A program made the position numbers and the translations under genes. DNA of 63,598 nt, counting the filler, from Lenisia limosa (lineage: Eukaryota; Protista; Breviatea), in NCBI GenBank assembly GCA_001655205.1. It is 13 parts of 13 records of this genome, joined end to end, with 100 filler letters (N's around TTAATTAATTAA, not from the genome) between each part and the next. Parts side by side here need not be neighbours in the genome. Positions count along the whole stretch, not along the records: positions 1 to 13,736 come from LPNZ01003930.1; positions 13,837 to 15,601 come from LPNZ01009425.1; positions 15,702 to 20,739 come from LPNZ01001930.1; positions 20,840 to 23,481 come from LPNZ01004304.1; positions 23,582 to 24,877 come from LPNZ01004078.1; 8 more parts are not named here. The stretch is one strand, 5' to 3'. Shown in pieces: positions 12,379 through 23,591 of this stretch. The notes beneath the pieces are model-generated. The model searched no databases, had not been told where the DNA came from, and was given only the letters and a program-made list of their open reading frames with translations. Numbering within the stretch: the first letter of the stretch is position 1; every line of letters starts with the position of its first letter.

Positions 12379-13720
12379 TCACTCCCAAGGGGAAGAGTTC
12401 ACGATTTTGACGACAATGTTGTCCTTGTCCACAACGTCACAGAACGTGTGTCGCCATTCCACTTGCGATACGACAAAACGCGTTGGGTCACTGAGGGAGC
12501 GTCCAACCTAAAATCGTAAAAACGAGCGGAGAATATCACAGGAGTGGTAAGCAAGAATCGCAAGAAGTAACTGATACTGGGCCCCTTGTCCACTCACCTC
12601 CATCTTGATGACCTTGCCGCGCCTGAACCGCTCCGTCAAGCCGGACGTGACGTCACCAAGCGAATAGGCCACGAGGCGACGGTTGCCGAACCTGCTCTCC
12701 GTCACGGGCTGTGGGCTGTGGCTGTGGGATCCGATGATAGTCTCGAAGTACGGCAGGAAGTCCGGTACCGTGGCGACCTGGGGGTGAATATGGAAAACTT
12801 ACGAAACAAACAAAAAAGTCAAAGTACTGACAAGGTGGGAAATATTGGGACAAAGATACATATCATAAGCAGCTCTAAAATAAAAAAAATAATAAAAATA
12901 CACGCAGATCTGGGGCAGTATACTATTACGAAAAAAACTTGAAAAACACAAAAGCAAGCCATACCGGACCCGGGGAGATTCTTGGTTGCAAAAAGCAAAA
13001 ATATATAAACTCTAAAAGTATCTCTCCTAATCCTTTCCCAAGAAAAAGCAGGTTGAATAAACGTACAAACAAATATAAATACCAAAATAGTAAATTTAAG
13101 TGTTGCAAAAGGTAATAAAGAGACCCAGCAAACCACTTCGGGGCGAGGGTAGACCTCCAGTTCGTAGCCCCTGGTACAATAAGAGAAAAAAAAGATATCA
13201 ACTTGGTGCATGGCAGAAATCAAACCCATCTCTAATTCATTAACCCATCTGTTGTGTAAGAGACATAAAATATTAAAATGGGGGGGGGGGGNNNNNNNNN
13301 NNNNNNNNNNNNNNNNNNNNNNNNNNNNNNNNNNNNNNNNNNNNNNNNNNNNNNNNNNNNNNNNNNNNNNNNNNNNNNNNNNNNNNNNNNNNNNNNNNNN
13401 NNNNNNNNNNNNNNNNNNNNNNNNNNNNNNNNNNNNNNNNNNNNNNNNNNNNNNNNNNNNNNNNNNNNNNNNNNNNNNNNNNNNNNNNNNNNNNNNNNNN
13501 NNNNNNNNNNNNNNNNNNNNNNNNNNNGGCTGTGGAAACGACATTACAGACACGGGTCAGGACAAAATTGCACCTCCATTCCACATTATTTGAAACATCA
13601 CTTCCACGGACCACTCATACCTGAGGTGGACAATCAAGTCTGAAGGTTGATTGCTCCACTGGGTTGCTGGAATATCAAATGAACTCTGATACTAGAACCA
13701 CACTCATCAAATCATCAGGG
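12379..13720 (-). CDS. CapA / PGA_cap-like metallophosphoesterase, 3' part, spliced
   Basis: Exons read ATQWSNQP, GYELEVYPRPEVV (cf. HWGxEY..P) and FETIIGSHSHSPQPVTESRFGNRRLVAYSLGD (cf. IGHHPHV.QP..AYSLGNF). The last exon ends IVNSSPWE-stop at 12379. The 5' end is lost at a spacer. Confidence 0.75.
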
Positions 13721-13736
13721 ATAGAGGGAAGATTGG

Positions 13737-13836
13737 NNNNNNNNNNNNNNNNNNNNNNNNNNNNNNNNNNNNNNNNNNNNTTAATTAATTAANNNNNNNN
13801 NNNNNNNNNNNNNNNNNNNNNNNNNNNNNNNNNNNN
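13737..13836. other. Assembly spacer N44-TTAATTAATTAA-N44 (one of 12)
   Basis: The 12-mer lies at 13781, 15646, 20784, 23526, 24922, 34930, 37337, 52249, 57073, 59077, 60823 and 62378; it has stops in all six frames and is always embedded in N runs. Confidence 0.97.
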
Positions 13837-14229
13837 TAAAAATAAAGCAAATATTGCTGTTAGAATTTAGTACATTCCACCAACCAGTCAGTAGCCACAA
13901 GCGTGTATAATGCGGCTTTCTCGGCCACACTTTCGCACAGGTTGAAAATGAGAATACCATTGGCCAGGGCCTGGCATGCTGCTGTTCGGATCTGGACGGT
14001 CATTTGGTTCGCAAAATAACAAGGTTGCTTTTGGGACATTATAGATACGGGTTTTAGAGGAGAATGTGGTAGCAACGGTTGTTTATTTTATTTCGAGTGC
14101 AAATACCTCTGTAAACACCCCGTTTTCCCCCATTTATCCCTCAACTTCTCAGATTCTGCACTGAAAATCAACTGAGATATATTTTAGCCACATTTTAGCT
14201 CCTCCTGGATTGCGGCTTGATTTCGGCGC

Positions 14230-15440
14230 TTTTTTTGTTTTTTTTTTGTAGAAAAACGTTTATTTATTAAGAAGAAAAGGAAACGAAATATACAAAAAAA
14301 AATAAAATAATATGATTAGCGCTAGTATCCTTCTTCGATTGGCCATGTGCCGTTCTCGGAGTGTGGCAAGGCCCTGGGTGAGGACAATCTGTGGCTAGGT
14401 GGTGGAACGATTCTGGTTTGGCTACGCAGAGAGGGCATAGCGAGCTGGTGTTCTGGAATTTTGCAAACCATTTTCGTGTGGGGAGAGTGTTAGAGATGAC
14501 TTGGAGTCTAAACTTTTCGAGGGTCCACGGAAGAAGTTTTTTACTGTTACAGCCGGAGCCTGGTATAAATTCGTTTGTGCCAGTATAGATTGCGTATGTG
14601 GGGATCTGTAGTGCGGAGTGCATTGAGAGGTCAGCAAACCGGGGCTCAAGGCTCTTGTGGACAATGGCAAGGAGAGTTTGGGTGTCCGGGCTGTTGTTTG
14701 CGGGGCCGAGAGGGGGTCCTTGATAGTTTCGCAGGTGAAGTAGCATCCTTGATGGTGGGCAATTATCGGGGCTAGGTTATGAAGATTCCTTCCTTCGCCA
14801 GTTTATCAGCAATGGAATTGCCTTTGGCTTCTGGGCTTGTTGTTTGCTTAGGTGGGCCTTGATCCATTTAATTTCGGTGTTATTACCTAATGTACGGATG
14901 GCGAGGGCTACGGCGTAAGCTTCTTCTCGGGGGTGTGGGGGGACTGCGGACTTATTTCTGTTTACGGTTTCGACCGCGGCCTTGTCGCAGAAGATTGTCG
15001 TTTTTTCGTCTTGGGGGAAGACTGAGGGGAATGAAGTTGTTAATTCCCTTGAGGTAGCGTTGGTATTTCTGATGGTCCATTGTTGAAATTTCTTGGGGGG
15101 AGAAAGGCCATTTCATGTCGAGAGCTAGGGATGCCAGGGGAAGGGCAAGTTCTATCATGTCCGATGGGATGATGGCGATTCTGAACTAGAGAAGGATGGG
15201 GCAGATCGCCAGGTGTCATCCTTTCAGGTATTTGGCTGGTTCATCTATTGGGCCGAAGCCGGGGGTCATCCATGGTGGCCAGGGGAGGCAGTTCTTTACC
15301 TGAGTCCTGGCCGGATGCGATTACTTGGCGACGATAGGGTGAGTTCTGTTTGGTCATGAAGTAGTGGAGGAGGGTGGTTATACCGGCGGTGGCTGCTAGG
15401 GACTGAATGTAGATTTTTTGATAGGACAAAAAATGTATTT
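14230..15440 (-). mobile_element. Decayed non-LTR retrotransposon (LINE) 3' fragment: RNase H, C-terminal zinc finger, poly-A tail
   Basis: The minus strand gives, with frameshifts, ELALPLASLAL, TTIFCDKAAVETV and EIKWIKAH..GNSIADKLAKEG (RNase H). These are followed by LPTRKWFAKFQNTSSLCPLCVAKPESFHHLATDCP (zf-RVT-like). The T-tract at 14230-14247 on + is the poly-A tail. Intronless, and GC-richer than the flanks. Confidence 0.85.
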
Positions 15441-15700
15441 ATTTCAGTAAAACAAAGATAAAAAAGATTCATAGGAGAGCGGCGGCGGAGTGGACGGGGA
15501 GTGGAGGGAGGGTGATCTCTTCAGGAGCGGCGGTGGGCGGACTGGGCGGCGGGTAAACAGACTAGAGCGAGGCGGCGGGATGGTGATTACTTCTGTGGTG
15601 ANNNNNNNNNNNNNNNNNNNNNNNNNNNNNNNNNNNNNNNNNNNNTTAATTAATTAANNNNNNNNNNNNNNNNNNNNNNNNNNNNNNNNNNNNNNNNNNN

Positions 15701-16290
15701 NATCCGTGACATGAACGGAAAGAACCTGGTCCTTCAAATCAAGCTCCTTCTCCAGTAACCCTTCCCTGAACCAACTGTATATTCATTTAGTTCTCTGTTT
15801 CAGCTTTGGATGAGGTTGTTTTCCAAGGAAATGGGTTGATACTTTCATGTTGTCAACACCTCAAACTTTCAACCTTCCAACCTTCCAGTACGCTTAACTC
15901 AACGTAACTCCTGCCAAAAACTCTATTTTTTGCTGTGACCAGTAGAATGACAGAAGAATGACGTGAGAGTGACCCCCTGTTTTTGTCCCCTGGAACCCCT
16001 TGAAAAATAACTATAACGATGCGGTGGATGTCTTGGTTATCTCACAATCATAATTATCCTGGTCAGCACTGGAGGTCGGTTTCTAATAGTGCTGACGTCA
16101 TGACGTCTTCAATCCGAAAAACCAACCAAAAGACCTGTAGACCTGAAAGAACGAAAGAACCTTGCGACAGATTTGCGAACAACGTGGAAACAACAGCTGA
16201 ATAATATTGTAGCAGCTGAAGAAAGGAAGAACGACAGTGAATCCAGAATCCAGAATCCAGAAGACAACTTCTTCACTGAGCAGAGATGAA
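15701..16290 (+). CDS. Unassigned gene fragment
   Basis: Exon-like reading SEKPTKRPVDLKERKNLATDLRTTWKQQLNNIVAAEERKNDSESRIQNPEDNFFTEQR-stop; no family recognised. Confidence 0.35.
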
Positions 16291-16521
16291 GTTTATCTGT
16301 GGATTGTTGTTGTTGGCCCTTCAATATGCTTCATGCTATGTGTAGGCGGGGGCTGGGGGAAGGGGTGCCGCGGTCCTTCAATATCGCAAGTGGCCTGTAT
16401 GTTGCTGTAGGTATTGGTGTAGGGGGGTGGTCCTTCAAGAGGTGACATGTCTGTCATGCATGATGCCAAGGGGGGGGGGTGAAGCCAAGCTCTTAATATA
16501 TCTTTGAAACACAAATTTGCC

Positions 16522-18106
16522 TCATTTCATAGGAGCATCACCCCTTCTGGATCAAGTGCGGTGACAGGGCTAGTGATTGCCGGTATGTAGCGGACCCAAG
16601 AAACTTGGTCCTCAGAGGAGGTCGTATCATATGCATGTTTTTTTATACTCCTCCTTGCTTGGTTAGTATTCCATACTCACATTCTATACCCATATCACAT
16701 GCCTTTTTTTGGAACAAGAAAATGGAGTTCATCAAATCTAGTCTTTATTGCTGTTTGACACTTTAGCGGAGGATACGCCTGCCTGTGAACCTGGAGCAGT
16801 ATGCTTGGGATTTTACTGTTTAGTCCATTATTGGGTAATAACTGTGATTAGTCCACTTCTTGGGTGTTAATTGTGACCAGTCTTCACTCAAGTTCAGTAA
16901 ACACCAGTAATTGAAATGATATTAGATGACAAAAAAAAACAATTGATATTAGATGACAGTATCGACAGTAACAAAGCAATTGTTTACAAACACATCTTGA
17001 CTGCTTGACTAAAAAAACAGATATAATGCCGAAGAATATCTTACATTGATTGTTGACTTTTCCTTTACTTCTGCAGATCAGCTACAGTGGAGGAACGCAT
17101 AAATTCTGTGGAACCTCAACTGGCTCAGCTCAATGGGTTTCAATCAGTGACCTTGCGACCCACGCGGGGTGAGGAAGGGAGGATATCAATACAAATCGTA
17201 TAATGATATATAATTGTTGTGAGGAATATCCTTTTTGGAACGAAAATGAGTCCTTTCCACCAAAGGTTTCACTCCACAATATCGATATTTTTTGAGGATT
17301 TGTCGAGAAAACCTATCTTTTTTGTTCCAGCGGCTCCCTACCATGTTTTACTTTTGTAGCCTGCCTGACGCTACCAAATGCCCGGGCACACCAGAAAACC
17401 CGGCCATGTCATGCGCAATTATCCCTGATGAGGTTTGGGGAATATTTATACAATTAATTCATTACAAACACTATCATGTCAACCTGGTATTTATCCCTCT
17501 TATACTTACCTTTTCTACATAATGTACTTACTCTGTCGTATTCATACGACATAATACTACTTTATGTAAGTAGAGTTCTTTTTACCCTTTTTAGTGTCTG
17601 AAGGCTGTCCATACCCTTCGAAACTACACTGACGGCTCAACTTACCTCTCCGAGTTGGTGGCCAACATGGATATCACAATTCAATGAAGTGTTCTTCTGG
17701 TTATTGCTGATTCAGACTTGAAGACTATTTCATTGGTATTATTTAGTTCTTGAAACCTTAACCTACGCCGCCCAATAACCCGCGTCCAACTATGCATGCC
17801 TTCACCTTTATTTCCAATTCCTAATGCATATAGCTGCCTTGAAACGTACAACCTTGCCACGTGAGTTCAGAGGGCTTACTTTTTACGGAAATTTGTCAGA
17901 AAATATATACATAGAAGAGAACATTGGTTCAGAAATAACTATAATTAGGGGTTTTTGTGTTGGGTGAGAAATGATCATCATATTTGGTTGGCATGAGTTC
18001 ACCGATTCAGCTTGACGCGAACATTCACCTACTCGGGTACTTCGCCGTCATATGTGACCCGGGACGGGGTGCAGTTCTATTCCGTTCCCAGCACCGATGT
18101 TCAGGT
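16522..18106 (+). CDS. Unassigned spliced gene, probably extracellular (GTPENPAMSC motif)
   Basis: AG/GT-bounded exons including LPDATKCPGTPENPAMSCAIIPDE and TFTYSGTSPSYVTRDGVQFYSVPSTDVQ. GxxxNPAxSC is seen in collagen/fibrinogen C-terminal-type domains, but the assignment is weak. Confidence 0.35.
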
Positions 18107-18227
18107 TGGGTTTGGCCCACTCTTTGCTTCTTTGAAAAACATCCACAGTCGTTTCTGGATGGATGTGGTTCTGAAGAGTGCTTTCACAATCTGTATTTTT
18201 TTTTTTTGCTCTAGTTTACCCTCGCCC

Positions 18228-18450
18228 AGACATCGATTGAAGATCACTTTACCTTCCCCAGACATCGATTGAAGATCACTTTACCTTCCCCAGACATCGG
18301 TTGAAGATCACTTTACCTTCCCCAGACATCGGTTGAAGATCACTTTACCTCCCCTAAACATCGGTTGAAGATCACTTCACCTCCCCCAGACATCGGTTGA
18401 AGATCACTTTACCTCCCCCAGACATCGGTTTTGAAGATCACACCTCCCTA
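18228..18450 (+). repeat. Minisatellite, 7 x 32 bp (AGACATCGGTTGAAGATCACTTTACCTTCCCC)
   Basis: Units start at 18228, 18260, 18292, 18324, 18356, 18388 and 18420; head-to-tail with no spacers. Confidence 0.95.
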
Positions 18451-19365
18451 CGCTTTCACCGGATACGAAGCAACTTTAACGTTCCAATGCCCACCTTCAG
18501 TCCCATGCCACCCTGACTTCAACTGCAGTTGGGCATTCTCCGATATCATTTTTTTATTTCTAATTACTCTAGAGTATATCATAACTTATAACGTGCATCT
18601 NNNNNNNNNNNNNNNNNNNNNNNNNNNNNNNNNNNNNNNNNNNNNNNNNNNNNNNNNNNNNNNNNNNNNNNNNNNNNNNNNNNNNNNNNNNNNNNNNNNN
18701 NNNNNNNNNNNNNNNNNNNNNNNNNNNNNNNNNNNNNNNNNNNNNNNNNNNNNNNNNNNNNNNNNATGATAAGTAGTTTTTCACCCCTCCCACATCTTGG
18801 AGTTATTTGAATTGATGAGACCCCTTCTACAGTGGGATTGTTCACACCATCAATTATTGAATATTTCTGCATTCCAAAAATAATTTCGGTTTTTTCTCAA
18901 GTATTTAGATTTCGTTACATCCACATCAACATCATCAGTCTGTGCATCTTCAGCTGGAGGCTTTGCATTTGGAGTTCTTGGTTTGTTATCAGGGTTTAAA
19001 TTTTTGTGCATGATTCATTCTTAAATTGTTGGAAGATCCAATGATTTTGAAATAGCTCATTTTGGTAAGTATCTGAATACCTATGGAGGCAAACACGGAC
19101 AACTGACTAATTAGGAGAAAATGACATTCCTTTTCCGAGTACTGGGGATTACATCTCAAGCACCGGCACAATTTCCGTTTGAGGGGGCTGAGTTTGCAAA
19201 CGCAAAATGATCCTGTAAAAATGTATCATTTTCCAAACTGAAAGATGATATGAATTGAGAGTTGTGATATTTTACCACTATATGACTTCCGAGCTAACAT
19301 GAGGCGGGTTTCACACTATAACTACTATTAATTGTTGATATGATATAATAGTATAGCTGTGATTT

Positions 19366-19470
19366 CTAATTTCTACGTTAACATAATATAGTATGACTCT
19401 GTCTAATTTCTACGTTAACATAATATAGTATGACTCTGTCTAATCTCTACGTTAATAGTTAACATGATAT
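19366..19470 (+). repeat. Tandem repeat, ~2.5 x 37 bp (CTAATTTCTACGTTAACATAATATAGTATGACTCTGT)
   Basis: Directly visible. Confidence 0.9.
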
Positions 19471-20474
19471 ATGACTCCCTGTTTAGCGAGAAGTTATTCT
19501 CAGCAACACCTATTCTTCATCGCAAGACTTCCTCTATCTCCGCTCTGAGCAGAGGGGTGGTGGTACCCAAGGTGGGGGGGATGATTACACATAGTAGTGA
19601 AGAACAATATGAGAATTGACATTTTGAATTATATCAATAACACGACACCTGAGTAAAACTATCCATTATGAACTTTCATCTTTTTTTTCTTTTTTTTTCA
19701 TAATCCGTCCATACTGTGGCCACTTTCGGGAAGGGATTATTTGTATTTTGTTAAATCCCAAACCCCCCCCCCAAAAAAAAAAAAACTGAAACCNNNNNNN
19801 NNNNNNNNNNNNNNNNNNNNNNNNNNNNNNNNNNNNNNNNNNNNNNNNNNNNNNNNNCCTTTCACTCCCTGGAGAACAACTTTTAATTGTTTAGAGCCGT
19901 TCGAGTTTGCCCTCGCTATTAAGTTCACGAGCTAATAGTCCAGCCGTTTATGTGTTATTGTAATTTATTAATTTATTTCTCAGTTTGTGAATCAAATAAT
20001 GTTTTTCTCATGAGAAGCAATTTGTATTTCGTGAATATTCCATGACTTCGGATATTTTCTCAGTGTTAGTAAAAGGTTCCAGTTAAGCAAGCGATTCTTT
20101 GCAATTCCTGCAATATGTACTCATCATATAATTGTACATCATGTATCGCACACACACAACACAACCTACTTAGAACCTAAACAAACAAAACTAACAAAAT
20201 ATTCTACTTACACTCTCTGGCTACCCCGTTCCCTTCTTCTCTGCGGGAGGTGAGGGCAAAACAGAGTCAAAGTTATGTTGTTGGGTGAAGCAGTAGATGT
20301 GTCAATCGTGGCTTATTTTGGGTTATGAAGATGAACCCATATTATATCATACATATCATACATACTTTCTGAGAAAAGTGAAGGGTTATGGCGTTAAAAA
20401 GTACAAAGTGTCACTATAGAAGTGACTAATAATAGTCAAATTATGATGTCTGAAATTCTGATGTTGACCCAGCA

Positions 20475-20633
20475 ATTTATTCAGGGTTCTCACCGATGAG
20501 CGTCGGGGTGTTGCTTCCTCCTCATCTCCCATTGGGGAAAACAGAGACGGTGTACTGGGTGGCAAGCTCATGGTTGCATTGAGGGGGGGAAGGACGTTGG
20601 CAGCTGAGTGTCTTGACGGCCGCGGAGGGGGGG
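20475..20633 (-). CDS. Isolated exon of an unassigned gene
   Basis: PPPRPSRHSAANVLPPLNATMSLPPSTPSLFSPMGDEEEATPRRSSVRTLNKLL, preceded on the minus strand by a module D acceptor. Confidence 0.4.
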
Positions 20634-21203
20634 CTGTGGAGAGTCAAAATGTATGAAAAACAAAAAAAGCCCAAAATCAATTCCGTTGGCTGAGCACACG
20701 AGGGTTGATAACAACAAAACAAACAAAACAAACAAAGCCNNNNNNNNNNNNNNNNNNNNNNNNNNNNNNNNNNNNNNNNNNNNTTAATTAATTAANNNNN
20801 NNNNNNNNNNNNNNNNNNNNNNNNNNNNNNNNNNNNNNNGATACAACCTTATTTTTTTCTTCCTTTTTGCTATTATACAATCATATATAATGTACAGTTT
20901 AGAAAATTTTAGAGACGAAAGCTTAGCAGTTTTTAATCCTTCCAGGTTGGGCTGTCACCTTACTCAGTATTATCCTGATTTCCTTTGCATGGCTTTGGGG
21001 TGCCCAGGTGTGTGGATATTTCAATTTCCTTTTACCAAGGCTTTGTTTGTCTTGTTTTCAACCCTCGGGTGTTAAAATGCCAGCCAACAGGGTTGAGCGG
21101 GGTTTTTTTGTGTTTCCTACAAATTTCTATTTTACATGAATACCGATCTTTTGTTCTATCCCGGAAACGAAGGTGAAGTTCTAATTTTTACCCCCACCCC
21201 CAG

Positions 21204-23260
21204 GATTGGGCTCATGGTTTCATTTTCTTTGTCGGTGCACTTCAAGGCTACGTGCTCTTTATTGGCAAGGTTGGTATTAAACTGGGGTGACCTTGATAGG
21301 TGGGATTAAACTGGTGAATAACGAGTAAATTTTATTGATGAAAGGAAACCATTTGTTGGACTCTTCGTGTTTTGTGTTTAGAAATCCCAAAAATCACATA
21401 AAACGGACTTAATATCTGGCTTGAAAGAAGGGGGGGGAAAAAAAAGGAAAAAAAATCCGTATTTTCCTCTGGGCGCAAGAAGTTCTTTTTAAAAAGAGTC
21501 ATTCCCCTAATTCAGTATCTTTTCCCGGCAAATTCGCTAGGATCAAGTGTAGTATCTGTTCTATGCGCTGTGACAAGCGCATTCCGGATCCACGGATCCG
21601 GTCCTTGTCACGCCATTCTTTGGAATGGTAGTGGAGCTCGTCAGGTGTCAGCTTGCTGGCTTACCAATGAGCATACCCGGTGTGACTCGAGAGCATGCAC
21701 CCCTCTCTCAGTCGCCCGCCCACTACTATTATTTTTTATATTTACAAAAAAAATTAGGTTCACTTCATAACTTCTATTTTGATATGTATTTGTTATATAA
21801 AATTCTCCTCCCAGTTTCATATATTTTTGAGATGCGGTGCTGCGGAAGCGGTTATCAACCCTCGTGTATTATCAGCCAACAGAGTTGATTTGGGGCTTTT
21901 TGTTTCATAAATTTTCCAATTTTACCCCGCGCAGATGTCATTCACAAGCTTCTTCCGAAAGCTCTTCACAAACTTCGATCTGCGCGGCCTCAGGTCCCTC
22001 GTTTTCCTGCTCTTGATCAATATGATCATCTTTGCACCCAGCATGCACTCTGGTGAGGTGGTGTTCTAAGAATGCTGTGTGTACAGAGTTGTAAGGCAAA
22101 TGATCGGGTGTTATACTCTCTTATAAGCATGATGGTGTGTGTGGATGGCTTCCGCCAGATACAACCTTGTTTATTTCTCAACTCTCCATATCTGACATTG
22201 TAGGCAAGCTCCTGAGTCATGACGTCAAGGGGTACCTGGAGAACCCTGGGCTCCAAACGGCACTCGGCGGCTTCATTTTCTCCATTGGCATGCAGCTTGG
22301 TGGGTGAAGGGGGGTCTAATTAACTAGGGCTTCCCTACGGACCCAAAAACGGAATTTCTCGATAAATATCAATATTTTTTCGGTCTTTTTCGGATCGTAG
22401 AGACTAATCACCCCCCTTCGTGATTTGACTTACAGCCCGATTAGCGTCTATCACAAGGGCTTCCCTGCGGTCCGGAAAAGACTGGTAAAATATCGATATT
22501 TATCGAGGATTTATCGAGAAATTCAGTCTTTTATTGAGACCGTAGGGAAGCCCTATACAGTATAAACAAGATGCAGAGAACTTCAGTTTACGAATTTAGG
22601 GGGAGGGTGTGCGAGCGGTGTGCTCTACTCAGTCGGCGGCGGATCACTCAGATCTCTTGCCACTTTCATTTTCTTCGTTGTTGGTTCTGTCATCGGTTAG
22701 AGGGGAGTTCATTATGGGTGAGCTAAATTAGTTGTTTTTTTTTAACTCGTATGCATGTAGTACACGTATGTTTCACGAAAATTTAGCTGACAGTGTTAAT
22801 TTTAGGGATTCTTTTACTTAAATTTCCATTTTATTTTATTTTTTCCCTCAACCCCNNNNNNNNNNNNNNNNNNNNNNNNNNNNNNNNNNNNNNNNNNNNN
22901 NNNNNNNNNNNNNNNNNNNNNNNNNNNNNNNNNNNNNNNNNNNNNNNNNNNNNNNNNNNNNNNNNNNNNNNNNNNNNNNNNNNNNNNNNNATGAAGAGAA
23001 ACACTCTTTTGTGGAGGATGGTGGGTTGGAATACTCATTACTATCCGGGTGCATGCTCATTCCTATCTGCTCGTTACATTTATGCTCATACTATCTTGGT
23101 GCATGCTATTTGCTCCTTTTCCTGCTGAACTCACCGAGTAGGCACAGCCCCGTGGGCATGGATGGAGGGTATTTTAATTCAGGCCCCCATCTTAGGTGTC
23201 GTTTGGCTGGCGCTTTATCATCTTGAGCCACTTATGAAGAATTGGGCGCTGGAGAAGAAG
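21204..23260 (+). CDS. yeeE: YeeE/YedE-family (TsuA-like) sulfur/thiosulfate transporter, spliced, partial
   Basis: Exons 21204-21269, 21935-22052, 22204-22299 and 22600-~22694 join in frame: GFIFFVGALQGYVLFIGK MSFTSFFRKLFTNFDLRGLRSLVFLLLINMIIFAP..TALGGFIFSIGMQLGGGCASGVLYSVGGGSLRSLATFIFFVVGSVIG. The GMQLGGGCASG signature is typical of bacterial YeeE/YedE. Confidence 0.88.
22455..22555. mobile_element. MITE family A, subfamily A2 (arms GGGCTTCCCT.CGGTC / GACCGTAGGGAAGCCC), in a yeeE intron
   Basis: Near-perfect TIR; a second, degenerate copy lies at 22325-22406. Confidence 0.85.
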
Positions 23261-23591
23261 GGTTGGATGGTTGCCGTTTCAACTCGAAAGTCGATCGTTT
23301 TGTCATATCACTTCTTAATCGTTTGATCATATCGCAACTTACTTTATTGTTTTTGACCATATTATCACTACTTACCTTATTGTTTGATCATATCACTTAC
23401 CATATTATCACCACTTACCTATTTAATGGACCTCCCCCCACCCACTCTTTTTAATAGAACTAAAGCCCTAATTGTGACAATNNNNNNNNNNNNNNNNNNN
23501 NNNNNNNNNNNNNNNNNNNNNNNNNTTAATTAATTAANNNNNNNNNNNNNNNNNNNNNNNNNNNNNNNNNNNNNNNNNNNNCCCTTCTTAG

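Noticed and set aside
13781-13792. Recurrent TTAATTAATTAA palindrome (12 times)
   Set aside because: Always centred in ~100-nt N blocks; it is a six-frame-stop assembly spacer, not biology.
18228-18450. 32-bp repeats as a CRISPR array
   Set aside because: The units abut with no unique spacers, the context is eukaryotic and there are no cas genes.
21541-21730. TPP or other known riboswitch in the yeeE intron
   Set aside because: The CUGAGA and GAACCUGAU consensus elements are absent; kept only as an unassigned hairpin or possible poison exon.
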